From a virus, in the IMG/VR virus record IMGVR_UViG_3300045988_013335, positions 1 to 11,962 of that record: a stretch of DNA of 11,962 nt. One strand, 5' to 3'. This document shows, piece by piece, positions 11,747-11,962 of this stretch. The notes under the pieces are model-generated. The model was not told the origin of the DNA. It saw only the letters and a program-made list of their open reading frames with translations, and ran no database searches. Every line of letters starts with the position of its first letter. Position 1 is the stretch's first letter. Made by a program: the position numbers and the translations under genes.

Positions 11747-11962
11747 AATCTGAATAATTATACATCGGTACAAAGTCGCATAAATATGCAATTTCTAAGG
11801 CGAAGTCGCATCTTTATATGCGTTTGTTAAACTATCTTAACGACCTGTTAAACTTTGTTTCATCGGCTCAGTTGGCACGGCTCACAACAAAAAGCGTGCC
11901 AAACTGTGCTAACAACTGTTAAAAGTGTGTTGGGAAACGTTAAAAATGGGTCATTTGTATAC

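Larger units (their letters stand above)
1..11962. mobile_element. Complete linear dsDNA phage genome (miniature phi29-like, protein-primed podovirus type), from ITR terminus to ITR terminus
   Basis: A perfect 392-bp ITR sits at both window ends with no flanking host sequence. The genome carries a pPolB, a candidate terminal protein, a gp16-like ATPase, a gp10-like portal, a gp8-like capsid protein and gp9-like tail genes. All ORFs are on the minus strand with 1-20 nt overlaps. No integrase or transposase is present. Confidence 0.85.
11571..11962. repeat. Right inverted terminal repeat (392 bp)
   Basis: Exact reverse complement of 1-392. It ends in ...TCATTTGTATAC, mirroring the 5' GTATACAAATGA of the left end. 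Confidence 0.97.

Noticed and set aside
1-11962. Transposon/IS, casposon or polinton-like interpretation of an ITR-bounded element carrying a pPolB
   Set aside because: There is no transposase, integrase or Cas1, no target-site duplication and no host flank. The element carries a portal, a phi29-type capsid protein and a packaging ATPase of tailed phages, not double-jelly-roll capsid genes.
1-11962. Lysogeny module, tRNA genes, and defence or anti-defence cassettes
   Set aside because: I could not recognise any integrase, repressor-like HTH pair, or cloverleaf-capable tRNA-like segment. The small early ORFs have unknown function, but nothing in their sequence supports a specific anti-defence call.

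Overview
This window is a complete replicon, not a chromosomal fragment. Bases 1-392 are the exact reverse complement of 11571-11962, a perfect 392-bp inverted terminal repeat (ITR), and the window starts and ends exactly at the repeat termini. Between the ITRs lie 14 tightly packed ORFs, all on the minus strand. Together they form a minimal phi29-like tailed-phage genome that replicates by protein priming.

In transcription order (right to left) the genes are:
- three or four small early proteins, one of them a predicted lipoprotein
- a 116-aa candidate ssDNA- or dsDNA-binding protein
- a 211-aa candidate terminal protein
- a 730-aa family-B DNA polymerase with every exonuclease and polymerase motif
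- a phi29 gp16-type packaging ATPase
- a hairpin and promoter junction
- a 64-aa single-TM protein
- a gp10-type portal with an acidic tandem-repeat tail
- a 185-aa structural protein
- a gp8-type major capsid protein
- a 133-aa YkuD/DUF5675-like cell-wall enzyme
- a tail-knob-like function that appears split over a 143-aa ORF and a 652-aa ORF carrying about 400 aa of beta-repeat adhesin-like sequence

Two minus-strand promoters share an identical 12-mer (CGTATCTTTGCA) that matches the Bacteroidota -7 consensus TAnnTTTG. No start codon has a Shine-Dalgarno sequence, so a Bacteroidota host is inferred.

The ITRs are internally structured. They hold helically phased GCCAC arrays around a palindrome, other repeat families, and a strong intrinsic terminator. 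About 270 bp of unique non-coding DNA next to the right ITR could encode a structured leader or a pRNA-like RNA.

All functional calls rest on motif reading and remembered phi29-family sequences. No database search was possible.
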